A DNA stretch of 64,000 nucleotides. Origin: Octopus bimaculoides (taxonomy: Eukaryota). A model generated the notes under the pieces. It saw nothing but the letters and a program-made list of their open reading frames with translations, had not been told where the DNA came from and ran no database searches. The stretch spans positions 1,997,706-2,061,705 of the forward strand of contig NC_068983.1 of assembly GCF_001194135.2 (NCBI RefSeq). Reading direction: 5' to 3'. Below are positions 25,401 to 38,479 of this stretch, in pieces; position 1 is the stretch's first letter; every line of letters begins with the position of its first letter. The position numbers and the translations under genes were made by a program.

Positions 25401-27529
25401 ATTAAACTTTTAATTGAAATGAGAAATAAATGGCATAAACATATGTGTATCATACTAAATGTATGCACAAGGTAGACATGCAAGCTACGGTGGTGCGATT
25501 GGATTTAAGCAAATATATTTAAAAGATTAACTCTCGGAAAAAAATATAAAAAGGTATCAAACGCTTCAAGAGTGTTTATGCATTTAGTTGGCACGCTAGT
25601 GCCTGTTTTGAATTAATGCTTTTTCAACTCCGTTCACCGAATTTTATATATATATATTTTTTTTTTTAATATTTCCTTCGAATTATTACTTTTAAAATAA
25701 GGATCAATACTTTGAAACTTTGCTCCTGCTACTGACAACAGGTAAAAGAATCGACTTGTGTTTCTGTTAAGTGTAAATTGGAAAAAATGACGTAACTCCT
25801 GAGTCTCAGAATCGTGAATTTGTATGTATGGCAGTGGCGATAGAAAAGCTGAAAAAAGTAGAGTTTGTTAATTTGTAAGTTAGGAACTTCATGAAAAGTA
25901 GTGTTATGTAATTCTGGTGGAAATAAAGAGATATGTATGTGCGGCAGTGAGAGAGAGAGTTACAAATTTCCGTATCCCAACATGTTAGTTATTGTCATGG
26001 TATCCATGCTTTCTGAGTGGAATAGAAGAGATGGAAACCGCGAGAAAAATTGTCCTCTGGATGGTGTTCGTAATTTTGAGGTCTAGCCTTATCCTCTGTG
26101 TCACTGGTTCTACACGACAATTACGCTAAGTGTGCATTCGTCAAGACTGAACCCAACGATTCTGATGTTAAATTAATCGACTAAGCATCTGATCGAAAAT
26201 GACGGATAATCTAAAATTTATGAAGTAGTTTGAAAAACATCGATAATCTACTTATAATGGTGTATAACCATTTGCCTTTTAGAATGGCGTCCAGAGACGC
26301 TTAAATATAATAACTTTTCTCTTCCCTGTAAAATCAATGGTTAACTTAATTTATCGCCTGATTTAACAAGTCCTCTTTCGCTTCGATGAGTTTAGCAGTG
26401 CCCACTCGGTTGTCCGTATCCGTGCTAATTCTCTGGTCTGTGAATAAAGTCCTCCTTTCCTCCCACCAGCCACGAGAGACCTAATATCGGCCTACGTATT
26501 GTCATTATAAGAAAACAGTTTTAAAAAACAGCGTTGATTCCAAGATATATCTGATCGTCGAATGTCAAGTAATTATCTTGAAAAATGCTATATATTGCAG
26601 CAACCACTCGAGACTTGATTATTGTATTACCGCCTAAAATAGTAGCAATATGACATCTTGGTTATCAACGAATCTATCAATGACAATATCGTTCATATTT
26701 AAAATATGACTACATTTAATAACATGGTCATTAATTTGTAATTCGCTCAAACCCGTATGGCAAATTTACATCGAATAGAAACGGAAAGAATTCCTACATT
26801 TGATATTTAGAAAAGAAATGCATCCAAAATTATATAAACCAACATCGACCAATCAAAAACATTCCAACCGTGACTGTCTCATATATTCAGGAATGATCAT
26901 TCGGATAATGAATATTTGTCCATGAATGCATTATTCCAGTTTTCATTTCCGCTATTCAGAATAAAAAAGGGTTCCATGATCCTTTACCCTGCCGCGGGGA
27001 AGTTCTTACCTTCTTTCATATACTTACTAGAGACCTGGCACCTAAGGTTGCTGGTGGAAGGATGCTAAAACGAAACAGTATCAATTCATATGTTAGCATG
27101 TGATTATAAGGACTTTTGGTGGCTCCGTCATATATCAAGAGTTATTATCCTCGTATCAAATCTAAGCAACAGAAATTCAGGTTAATATCATTCTAAAGGT
27201 GATTATGGCATCCCTTATATTTTCCAGGCGGTCCTTAGGCCACATCAGCACTGGTTCAATCGGTGATGTGAGGCTAAAATTGTGCCAATGATATTCATCG
27301 CTTGTTTGGTAGATCTAGGGCTACAATGTTCCATTTACCTTTCGGTTTAAGGCAGGATTTGGGAAAGATTTGTCTGCTACTTCTTGCATGTGGAGCTAAC
27401 CAGAAATAGACTTTGTTTCAAGTTCGGTTCAGGATTCGGGCTGAAGCTTTGTTTTTGGTGTGGTTAAGAATTCCTGCCGTTATCGTCTTTCGTTAAGAAT
27501 AGAAGCTACTTCATTGGTTGACATTCAGC

Positions 27530-27720
27530 ATCTCTCTCGAGGTCAAAGCAACTCATTGATAACACCTTATGGAAACATATATAATTAAAATACAATCAGT
27601 CGGTTTGGCTGTCCCATTCGAAATCGAAAGAGATTTTATATGGTTATGATGATGTGGTCACAGAAGTGTGACGAGAGAACACTAGCCGAAATACGATTAA
27701 CGTAAAATAAAGCTGAAGCA
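27530..27720 (+). mobile_element. Penelope-like 3' end with a decayed hammerhead
   Basis: GGTT-ATGATGA..GTCACA-gaag-TGTGAC..AGCC-GAAAT-acg-ATT-AAC. Confidence 0.45.
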
Positions 27721-27812
27721 AATTAACAGCAAATACATAGTGCGCGTGTTTTTATTGGCTAAACTGGCAACATGACCATCCCCAAACACAACTATATATA
27801 TATATGTATATT

Positions 27813-27922
<110 letters not shown>

Positions 27923-27954
27923 AATTTAAACATGAACAAGCAAGGAAAACCACG

Positions 27955-28135
27955 AAAAAACAACACGAGGACGTGGAATAAGTATAATGTTATTGGACGC
28001 TCAGGAAAGGAAAGAAAAGAAAGAGGCCTTAACGTTTCGATCGGAGATCTTCGTCAGAAATATAGGAAAAGTCCAAAGAAGAGAAGACGGAGAAAGAAAA
28101 TCGCCAACGATGCACACGCGGTCACATATTGGAAT
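27955..28135 (-). mobile_element. Short Penelope-derived repeat carrying a hammerhead core
   Basis: Similar layout to 49700-49900 (aacaacacgaggac..gacgctc.ggaa..acgtttcga). Confidence 0.6.
28026..28062 (-). ncRNA. Minimal hammerhead ribozyme motif
   Basis: Minus strand reads ttt-CTGACGA-a-GATC-tcc-GATC-GAAAC-GTT-aagg. Confidence 0.6.
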
Positions 28136-28903
28136 TATATATATATGAGGCATGCATATGTGTTTGTAAAATTTCACTAATCTAACAGTTGGTCAGTAGA
28201 GAAGAAAATACATTCTCGTCTAAAATACTATCCATAAAGTTGTCGCTATGATGAACTAAAACCTAAATCTACTAAACGCGGTGCTCCAATGTAGGCGCAG
28301 TAAAGCATTATATGCATAAAAGTACCAGGGAATAAATAATGAACAGCATTTCAGGAGAAAGCTGCTTAATCGGGCGAATGAAATTATTGTCCTAAAATAT
28401 AGTCGGACCAAAATTATATTTCGATTAAAAATGAAAATTAATCTACGCTAATGATTTTGTAATGAAAATGTAAATCTGGTATTGTTTGAAAGTAATCCCA
28501 TGTTTTGTTAATTAGTCTACTTCCAAGTGCAGTAGACAAATTTTCTATTTGAATTGATTAAAGTCATTTCTTAGAGCGGACAGAATTTTAATTAAAGAAT
28601 TAATCAGTTTTGAAATATTTTTGGTCTATAAAGAGCAAAATGTTTCAAAATTGACTGAGAAGTAATCCTCTGCAGAAAAGAATACTTCATCCAAAAATCT
28701 TATCAATTAAGAATGAGTTGCAAAAAAAAATATCAGAAGTTTATCTTTACGATTCTATAAAGTTACAACCGTGTATCTTCTGTTATATTCACATATCTGA
28801 GCGTACAAATATACATATATATATATGCTTAAATATCGGTGGCTTTATGAAGATTACGAACACACACACACACATATACATATATATATATATACATATA
28901 CAT

Positions 28904-28937
<34 letters not shown>

Positions 28938-29016
28938 CTGTCTTTGGTTTTTTGTTTTGTTTTTTTTTTTGTATATATAAAATACCAAATGGGTCAAGAA
29001 CGCAAAACCTCCAGAT

Positions 29017-29255
29017 AGACGATACAAAGAAAACAAGGACGGGTCATTCGGAGTTTTCTTTTCTTAATCGAGTTCCAGATTATCTTTGCAATTTCGTCTG
29101 GTTATACTCGAGGTTGCTCAAAACTGACTAGCCCCAAGGAAAAACTAAGCTAAGAGCTTTAGATTCCTTGGAAGAATGCAGCGAAGGTATGCGAAAACAA
29201 GGACGGAAAAAAACGGAGAATGTTACACAAATACAAATAACAGAACATAACAACA
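29017..29255 (-). mobile_element. Second copy of the 6058-6305 repeat
   Basis: Direct alignment over about 240 bp. Confidence 0.7.
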
Positions 29256-29717
29256 GGCGGTACTCTATGTTCAAAAGATGGAACGACTCAACACGGCTAT
29301 TCAAGAGAAAAGACCTAATCGGCAGCATGTAGTTCTTCTGCTGTACGACAATGCCCGCCCTCATATCGCCAATATAACCAAGGAAGCCATTGAAACGCAT
29401 GGCTGGGACGTGCTGCCACACCTGCAATACTCTGCTGATTTGGCACCAGCATATTTCCACCTCTTTCGATCTCTTTCAAATGCTATGCACGGAGTTTCAT
29501 TAAATACTAATGCAGAATTGAGAGCTTGGTTGGAACAATTTTTCGAGTCGAAATCGGGTGATTTCTACCAACGAGGTATTGAAAATCTTGTTGAACGTTG
29601 GGAAGAAGTTGTAAACAACACGGGCGAATACATTATTCATTAATTATTTGTTATTTTTTATTAGACCTATTAAATTTAAATTTAAAAAACGGTGGGAACT
29701 TATTTGCCAACCCAATA
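29256..29717 (+). mobile_element. Mariner 3' half with right TIR
   Basis: ORF 29278-29643: MERLNTAIQEKRPNR..LLYDNARPH-(34 aa)-LAPAY (third catalytic D changed to Y)..FYQRGIENLVERWEEVVNNTGEYII. TIR aaaaacggtgggaacttatttgccaacccaata. Confidence 0.92.
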
Positions 29718-29769
29718 TATATTTTAAATTTAAAAAAGACGGTGGGAATTTAGTTGCCAACCCAACATA

Positions 29770-30290
29770 TGCAGGATAATGCACCATGTCAAAGTGCTAA
29801 AATAGTTAAGGAAGTGTTTGAGCTGAAAACATTATAGTGATGTGTTGGCCAGCTCAGAGCTGTGGCCTTAATTCCTTTCAAAATGTATGGAAGATACTTG
29901 GCGATGAAATCGGAGAATGTTACGATTTTGCGAATGTTACGATTTTGTGGAAATTTCGTCATAACAATGTGAGAAATTGGTGAAATCCTTTGAACGGAGA
30001 TGTGCTGAGGTCATTGAAAATAAAAGAATGTACACATCTTAATATATTCATGTGGATTGTAAGCATTTCTGGCAAAATTTTAATTTCTTGAATGTTACGT
30101 CATGCATTTTCTAATATTTTTCACAAACATTTCTTTTTCTATCATAAATTATTTACTTATTAATCACTTGCAACAAAATCAATTGTAAATAATGAACTCA
30201 ATTTAAAGTATAGAGTAAAAATCTCATTCAGAAAAATGACGTAGAAATGTAAATATCCTTATTTTCGTTCACTTATTTGGGCCGCTATTG
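29770..30290 (+). mobile_element. Tc1-like (DD34E) 3' remnant with right TIR
   Basis: QDNAPCQSAKIVKE..WPAQSCGLNSFQNVWKILGDEI..CEKLVKSFERRCAEVIENK. End cacttatttgggccgctattg followed by TA. Confidence 0.75.
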
Positions 30291-32106
30291 TATATATAAC
30301 ACATATAAAATAATAATTTCGCCTCCAAGAACAAAGGAAAAATTCAAGAATGCTGGTTTTTACATAAAATATACATATACCCAAGTATATAAAATGCAAA
30401 CAATTACCTTCTTCTGTTCAAATTTCTACTGCCTCAAACAAATTCTCATTTCATCGCTCAAGCAAACGTCATACAGCATGTTCATTTTTAATCCACCGTT
30501 CTTGTATAATCGTTCCTTATCTGTAATCGACCATAAAAATTTTTGAATGAGATCTTGGTTTAACACAAAATACATATATATTTCAACAAAGCCATATCGC
30601 AGTTTTTTATCATTGCTTACAAATGAATGTGTTTATAAAGTCGATTTTCCAATGTTAGTTCAGTTACCCCAATGACTTATTTAGGTTCCTCTTTGGTGTT
30701 TGTTTAATTCTAGTGGTGTATGTTATCGACTTTGCCACACGGTTAACATCTGTTTCTCTTGACAATTCTCTTTTGCATTTAGCTTTCCAACAGTATATTC
30801 TGTACTTTGCACACTTCCATTCACGCAATTTTTTTGTATGCGTATAGATCGTTCTCTCTTTCTTTCTCTATCCCTCTCTCATACCCACACATACAAGCAC
30901 ATACATACATATATATACATACATCTGTATACACACTCACACGTGAGTGTGTGTGTTAAAACTCATGTTAATAGCAATGTAGCTATTCCGGTTTGGATAT
31001 TATGTTCATAACGCAACACGAGTAGAGGAATAAGTCTTTGCTGCGGACACTGCGTGTCGTAAAGATAAGCGTTGTGAATTAAACCACACTACTGAATATA
31101 TATATATAAATAAGTGTGCAAGTGTGTGTGTCTGTCTTTGTGTGTATATGCGTGTGAGCGTTTCAAAACTAATTGCATGTATAAATATGGGTGTCGTATT
31201 TAAAGCGTGAACCGAAACGCAAATCAGTTCCTCGTGGGACTCAAAACTATTTCTGTAATAGGAAACTCAAGTCGACCACTAAAATATTTACGTATTTGTT
31301 CGCAAGCAATCATTACTAGCAACTTATTTTTCAAATTAACCGGATCTTCACGATCTAGAGAGGTGTCGAGACTGCAAACAGCAGTCATTATATATTAACA
31401 AGGGTAAAGGTTGCTTTGATTGAACTTGTATCTTCTACTACCGACCTAGACAGACAGACACCTTTCAGCTATTTAATGATTGTATATGTAGTTAAATTTA
31501 GGTTCTGTAATTTCAGCATTTATCACAACGTGATTCAAATTCTAATGATCTCTTTTAAGTTTTTAAACTCCTAGCTATACATAGAATAATTACTAACTGA
31601 AGCTAGTGTTAGCTCCAAGACATGGTCTCCATTCACTAACTCGCCTTACAGTTTGCTACTTCAGCTGTATAATTAGTGTTTTCTTTAATATTTTATTTAT
31701 GAATATAAATATTACAGTCTTCCTCTTTAACCCTCTATCTCTCTCTTTATCTCCCTCTCACTCTCTCTCTCTCATACACACACACACATCGCGCGCGCGA
31801 ACACACTCAAGAAGTAATGCATATAAATGCATAGGCAACGACAAAACCCCATTGGCAACATGTTTCACACACGTCAATCTTCCATGTATACATAAGCCAT
31901 ATCGTTGAAGTGGCTGGATCGGTCCGTTTCAGGAACATCCAAAGACAAATGACGAACACTGGAAACACTCAGTCATTAAGTATAACGGGGTAGCTATGGC
32001 TGCATTTTCGTTTACCTAACGTTAGCTACGTCACTGCTGATATATAACAATAACATCAGCCACATGCAAGCATATATATTTATTACTATTAGTCCCTCCT
32101 TGAGCT

Positions 32107-32132
32107 CGCGAACACGCGAACACGCGAACACG

Positions 32133-32164
<32 letters not shown>

Positions 32165-32236
32165 AACACACACACGCGAACACGCACACGCACACGCACA
32201 CACACACACGCACACGCACGCACGCACGCACACACA
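32107..32236. repeat. Compound (CA)n/(CGCGAACA)n simple repeat
   Basis: Directly visible. Confidence 0.85.
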
Positions 32237-32344
32237 GTAAAACTTTTAAAGATTAAAACAATATTAATATGGAATATTTAATAGCACGAAGAAGGACAAT
32301 ATGTTCAATCAAAGAAAGTAATTAATCAATATTGAATTAAATAT

Positions 32345-32520
32345 AAGGCAGCGAGCAGGCAGATTCGTTAGCACGTCTTTATGTTCTGAGTTCAAATTCC
32401 GCCGAGGTCGGCTTTACCGTTCATCCTTTCGGGGTGGATAAACTGTGTACCAGTTCCGTACTGAGGTCGATCTACTCGACTGCTCCCCTCCCCCAAAATT
32501 TCGGGCCTTGTACCTAAAGT
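32345..32520 (+). mobile_element. tRNA-derived SINE (third family)
   Basis: aaggcagcgagcaggcagattcgttag..gagttcaaattccgccgaggtc..catcctttcggggtggataaa. A related copy lies at 56870-57065. Confidence 0.75.
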
Positions 32521-32739
32521 AATCAAGCAGTACTGAATTAAATAGGAACCCTGGTCACGCACATATAAGATGTTATTGTCTTCAAATTTAAGACTGTTTT
32601 GGAAAATGGCATCTTTTACAGCATCTTACTAAAATATCCCATTGTATACAACGGTAAAATAATTCCAATGCACTTTCTCCTAATATTTTGAATTTTTAAA
32701 GGGCAAAGAGATCTCAATTATAAGTTGTGTTTATTTTCT

Positions 32740-33100
32740 ACCTTTTTGCTCATTTCAGTCATTGCAATGCGACCATGCGGGTCGCAGCTTGAAGAATTAT
32801 TTAACCGAATTAATCAATCCCAGTACTTATTTTCTTAAATCTTTGTACATATTCTATAATTTTCTTTTGTCGAACCGCTATGTTACGGAAGAAGACGTAA
32901 ACAAACCAACACCGGTTGTCAAGCGGTGTGGGAAATGCCAGCACAAAGCACATGCACATAGATATAAGTGTAAGTGTGGCCGGCCTCAGGCTAAAGTAGA
33001 AGACACTCAATATGCCACAAAGTAGAAATGAACCCCGAGACCACATGGTTGGGAAGCAAACTTCTTACCATACAACCACGCCCGTGTCTATAGCCATGCC
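32740..33100 (-). mobile_element. Dominant-family SINE, decayed
   Basis: Reverse-strand head (ccacatggttgggaagcaaacttcttaccatacaacc) and tail. Confidence 0.75.
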
Positions 33101-33449
33101 TCAACAAATATTCTAACATTGATTATTGTTACTGACCTAGTTTATCAGACAACTATAAATAATATTGGATGCCTGTCATAACCAGCATAAAAGAAAACCA
33201 GTGGCAGTACTTTTGGAATTCATGGATAAGTTTCGAATGCTTAAAAGTATTACATTAGTAAAACAAATATTTTTAGAATATGATTTTATGATGCATAGTT
33301 CTATCATAGGTTTATTATCAAAATATACTTTGTTATTCGATTTTTATGAATTTTTCTGGTACGCAAAGAACAATTTTTAGATTTCACTGTATTGAGTTTC
33401 ACAATATACAGGAAAGTGCACAAGATTTAGTAGAGAGCATTGATGTCTA

Positions 33450-33800
33450 TGGAACCAAAACCTGGACTATGAATATCAGGATGACCTTAATGGTACTAAC
33501 AACAGACAGGTAGGTTATGTTCAAAATATCAACGGGAGCAGAGGGCCGAAATTAAGACCTATGGAGACACCTCAAATTTCTACACCTGTTGCAAAAAGTA
33601 GGGTAGGTTTACACGAAGTCAGATTGTTGCACCCCAAGAGAGGACGAAGTCTATCCAGATTCATTGATGTTATTTACAGAACATTCCCAATTAAGGATCA
33701 CCCCATGCTTAGTCGGAACTTGGATTCTTGTGGTGCAGAGAAATGCACTTCCGTCGCAGCCGTTTCAACGGAGTGTTAACTGGGGTTTGCTTTGGTGACT
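33450..33800 (-). mobile_element. Decayed CR1-like reverse transcriptase fragment
   Basis: GVSIGLNFGPLLPLIF resembles GVPQGSVLGPLLFLIF; upstream K.(F)D..HGVIL-like residue pattern. Confidence 0.45.
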
Positions 33801-33859
33801 TGTGTCAACGACCCTCATATACATACACAGACGCACGTTACACACACAAAACTCACTGG

Positions 33860-34018
33860 TATATGTGTGTGTGTGTGTGTATGAGTATGTATATGTGTGA
33901 GTGTGTATGTGCCTGTATGTGTGCTTGTGTGTATATGTGTGCTTGTGTGTTTGTGTGTACGCTTGTGTGTATGTGTGCGCGTCTGTGTGTGTGTGTGTGT
34001 GTGTATGTGTGTGTGTGT
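33860..34018. repeat. Imperfect (GT)n tract
   Basis: Directly visible. Confidence 0.9.
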
Positions 34019-37000
34019 GAATAAAGTTTAGTACGGAATCGCCCTTAATTCTAATTTATCATTCCCAGATATACATTCACTACACGTGAAGAAATTTAGG
34101 GTTTATAGAAACATCTTTTTGCTTCGACTAAAGGAACAGGTAAACATTAGTAATTTTATCGGAACCTTTTTTATGGGGAGAAGTTTACTTTCATGTGCGC
34201 CAATTAACATCTTTTTAGATATTATTCAATGAATATTTCATATCAATTGCACTGTCTGCATTTTACATGAATTCCGATAGAAGAGTAATTGTCTGTCTAA
34301 TCTTCTGATTCTCAGCCAAGAATTATGTTTTACTCTTTGGAGCAAGCATTTTATCGTTATTAATTCTGGATTTCTGCAACATTCATTATTCTATATACCC
34401 GTTTGCTATATTTCTGCTATTACTCTCAAATTACTCTCAGCTGATTTGCATACCTGTCGATGTATTTCTTTGATTATGTGATCATTGAATGAGAAACATA
34501 TCACTTAACTGATGAAAAGTCATAAATTCCAAATGAGTGATAGTAACATTTACGTTAATCGAAGTTTAGACCTATGTGCGATGTGTCCTTAATCGATGTA
34601 CGATGGGGAGTGATCCAAATAAAGGCTTCACCAGGAATTGATGTATTACTCCGCAGAATCCCAGACCACTCCAAGTAGTAGCAATTATAACCAATTACTT
34701 CTTTAGACAACCGACAAATTTGTGAGAAGAGTGAATGCACATTTATTGCTTTATTGTTCTGGAATGATTGAGAATAATGATGTTTCGCTTGAATAAACTT
34801 GTTTAAAAGCAGGTTTTAACAGCAATTATGGTAATGGATGGTAGCATAAAAAGCTTAGCCAAAATCTCAAATCCTATATAAGCACACAAAATACACACGA
34901 ACATACTACTATGCACAGAGCATTGTGCTTGGTTGTGCAGGGAAAGCTCTTCCAATAAAATCAGCTGCCTCTGCTGCAATACTACTGATGCTGATAAAGA
35001 AGGGCAGAAGGAGTGAAGTTTGAATAAGTGTCGGCTTCAATACAAATGCTACTGAATGACAGTCAAACGCCTTTTTGAACATAATACATTTGAAATTGTG
35101 TGATATATAACTAGAAACACTGCAGAGTCAAAAACGACAGGTTTTTATTGAGGATAATAGTGAAATAATCCCGATTAGAAAAAAAAAAACGTCAAACAAT
35201 ATTAAAGAGAGAAAAATTAAGAACATTGATATGTTCAATAAAGAATCTAAGATAACAAATTTAAACCAAACTGGAACATATCTGTGAATCAATGAACTTG
35301 TAAACATTCCAAACATACACCTGAAAATTCAAGAGAAAGGCGACGCGAACTTACTCCAGAACATGCGAATACACACACACATACAGAGGAGAATATTTGG
35401 CCTTATATATTTATTTTACATGGCTTTGACTAATGAATATATGATCAGACAAATGTCTCCCAAGTTAGTGTAGAGTTGAAATAACTAGAGAGACAAAATT
35501 TAGTTAGACATAGATAACGATTTCAGGGAATTAAATTAGAATCAGCTACGCCTAAGAGTAGATAAACCTGGAACACAGTGAAATAAATGATAAAAATGAG
35601 GAAATAATATGACATAAGATTCAGTTTAACATTAGATGCTAGGCGTAAATAAATTAGATATTAAATGTAGCATGGATATAATTAATTTGAAGGGGAAAAA
35701 TCACTTTTCCTTAAATACAAGGAATTCATCAATTGCAAACACAGAAGTACCTTCACTGAAAAAGAAAGGCAACAGAATTAAGATGAAATTAAAACTGGCT
35801 TCTAGGATAGAGTGGAATAAAGATGAAGAGGGAAGCCACACAGTAGCCATTGTCATTGAAACCACAAGAGAATCAGATTATAAGGCAACAACAGCAGTTA
35901 AAGAATATAAAAAAAGCAAATGAATCTAGCACCAAATCTATGAAACCAGTAGAATGAGACAGCTGACCTTATCCTCCCTTGTTACCCAGTCCTTACACAT
36001 CTCCCGTATATTCTGAAGCTATCCCTGTGTGGCAATATATCGACAATTGAAAAGGAAAAATAATATAAAACAAACTGTTCAATGACTGTTTCGAATCACC
36101 TTTGTGTATACCGATCCTACTGACTAGAGAAATGATTAAATCTAGCCAGCTAACAGTCGTAACAACCTACACAAACTACACTAATAAACAACTCTACACT
36201 TACAAACATCTCAATTCATTTCAATAAACATTAATAGAAAGAAAGTGGAGAAAATGTTAAGATAGAATGTATCGAAATTGAAATAAAGTCGATGTGAGCA
36301 ACGAATTATTTTTTAAATATCGGTGATGACTGGAGCATTAGCAAGGAGCAAAAGTAAATAATAATCCTTAGCCAGATTCACAACGTTGCACGAAGACCGA
36401 AAGATATCTTCTCTGCGCAGAAAATGCATTCAATGCCAGATATTTCTAATTTTTACACAAACGAAGTATTGCATTCACCAATTCACCAATTTTCATAAGA
36501 GAGATGTTGTGTACTTCTTTCCCAAATGCACCTTTTCCAAAATGGACACTGTCAAAGCTATATAACTCACAATTGCTATGAAGCTATCTCAAAATACACA
36601 AAACGCGGATAACAAGCGTGATGGTTCTAGGTAACAAGTGAGTAAAGTGGTACAAGGATGGTAGGGGGAGGAGACTGCAACGAATTCTCCGAACACTTTA
36701 AGACAGACGAAAAATAATAATCCGTTTTAATATGGAGAGAAAGCCCAAGAATTTGTAGGTGAAGAAGCGTTATTCGATATTTCCCCACCAGTACTTGTTT
36801 CATCCTTTATTTACTCCTAAAGACATAAGGTAATGTTATCTCGTCAAGATTTGAACTCAGAATATACCGAACACGAGCACATGATACAATGCAGCTTTTG
36901 CAGCTCTAAAACAATTTTAAGAATACGCCACTCCACGAATGTTCAATAATTCTACATCCGATGAAGAAATTCTATATCTATAATAAAGTTTAGTCGCAAA

Positions 37001-37149
37001 GACGGAAATTGATATTCTGTTCAATGTATGGTCATCTCCTGAGCAAGGGTTACACAAGTATCTTCTTACATTGACATCAATGCAAACATTTGCCCTCTTT
37101 TCAGTAATACACCAGCTTGACAAATTGAAAGCAAATCAGTTTGTGAAAC

Positions 37150-37455
37150 TCTAATACCCTTGCTTGTCCTGGCCTGGCTTCCTGTTGGTTGCTACGACAG
37201 TGTTCCAGTTGATCCACTCAATTGAACAGCTTGCCCATGGAATTAATTTGGTCGAACACACCACAGACACGTGTGCCCTTAACGTAGTTCTCCAGGAGAT
37301 TCATAAAGAATAGGAAAAGGCTACCCGTTTGAATTACAGGTACTTTAGAGGATTAAAGCAACGTGAAATAAATTGTCTTCCACGAGGAAAGTGCGCCACC
37401 GGGAATCGAACTCCCAATATCGAGAACCAAATGCTCTAACTTCTAAGCCACGTGC
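37150..37455 (-). mobile_element. tRNA-derived SINE (related to 12970-13350)
   Basis: Reverse-strand gcacgtggcttagaagttagag head, gagttcgattcccggtgg B-box, and a gttccagttgatcc..gaacagc tail. Confidence 0.65.
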
Positions 37456-38479
37456 TTTGGTATAATTCAGAAATAACACAAACAATAGATTAAACAATAA
37501 AAATAACAAAAGTTACCCACTAACCCTGACCTCAATGGCCACTTGAATGTCCATCTACTACAGGATATTCTCCTCCTTTGTATTACTAAATATCCTCAAG
37601 GCAAATGAGTCTATGTGTCTGTCTCTGATCATGCACAGCGGCTATGGCAGGAGGATACACCACCTAAAAGCTGGATCCCTTTTATCCAAAGGATGTAGAA
37701 GTGCAGGCGCTCTAATCTGATCAGACTGGAACTGAAGAAATGTACGATGGACACATTGTAAATTATAACGAGGGCGCACACAATCAATACGTTTTGCTGG
37801 ACATCCATGGAGAGCTTCCTCTCAGGCTATTTCTAGGTGAAGCAAACGATTTTGCTAGCCACAATTCCGCTGTACCTGAAGTTCTTTAACAGAAACAAAC
37901 CCCACGTAAACTTACCCTGTTCTTTTGAATTCTTTTAACTTCATAAACAACCCTTCACTTAGCAGCTCTATAAAATTCTATTTCCCCTTCCAGACATGTT
38001 ACTCTACATCAGACTCTTAAATAACGATAAAAAAATGTTCGTCTTTTTTCTTACTTTCGTTCCATACGAAACTCCAGAGAGGTCCATATGATTGATGAGA
38101 CATCCATCCGAACATTGTGAGTTGACTCCTGGACATTATATCGATATTCTTCAATTATCCTTTCTCCAATTCATTATTCACACTCTGCACCTTATTAGTG
38201 ATTCTGCCGTTATGTTGACTGCCAGCGCAAAACTTAATTTAGATATTAACATCTTCATTCAACAAAAATATTCTTTACTGAGGCCTATACTGTTAATTTG
38301 AACACTGTCTGGTATACATATATATCAAAGACGTTAATACTCTCTTTGACTGCTGTATCCATTCCACCTTTATTTTATTCATATTTCATCTCAAATCACA
38401 TTCACTATAACGAATATTATATTAATGTTGCACCAAAAAAATGCAGTTGACTTTTGCACTTATCATTAACGTCCTCGGT

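Noticed and set aside
34960-35095. FKKAFDC motif on the minus strand
   Set aside because: A single short RT-like motif with no supporting flanking motifs.
37560-37890. GC-richer segment with short open frames (MYDGHIVNYNEGAHNQYVLLDIHGELPL...)
   Set aside because: It could not be matched to any protein or element family from memory.
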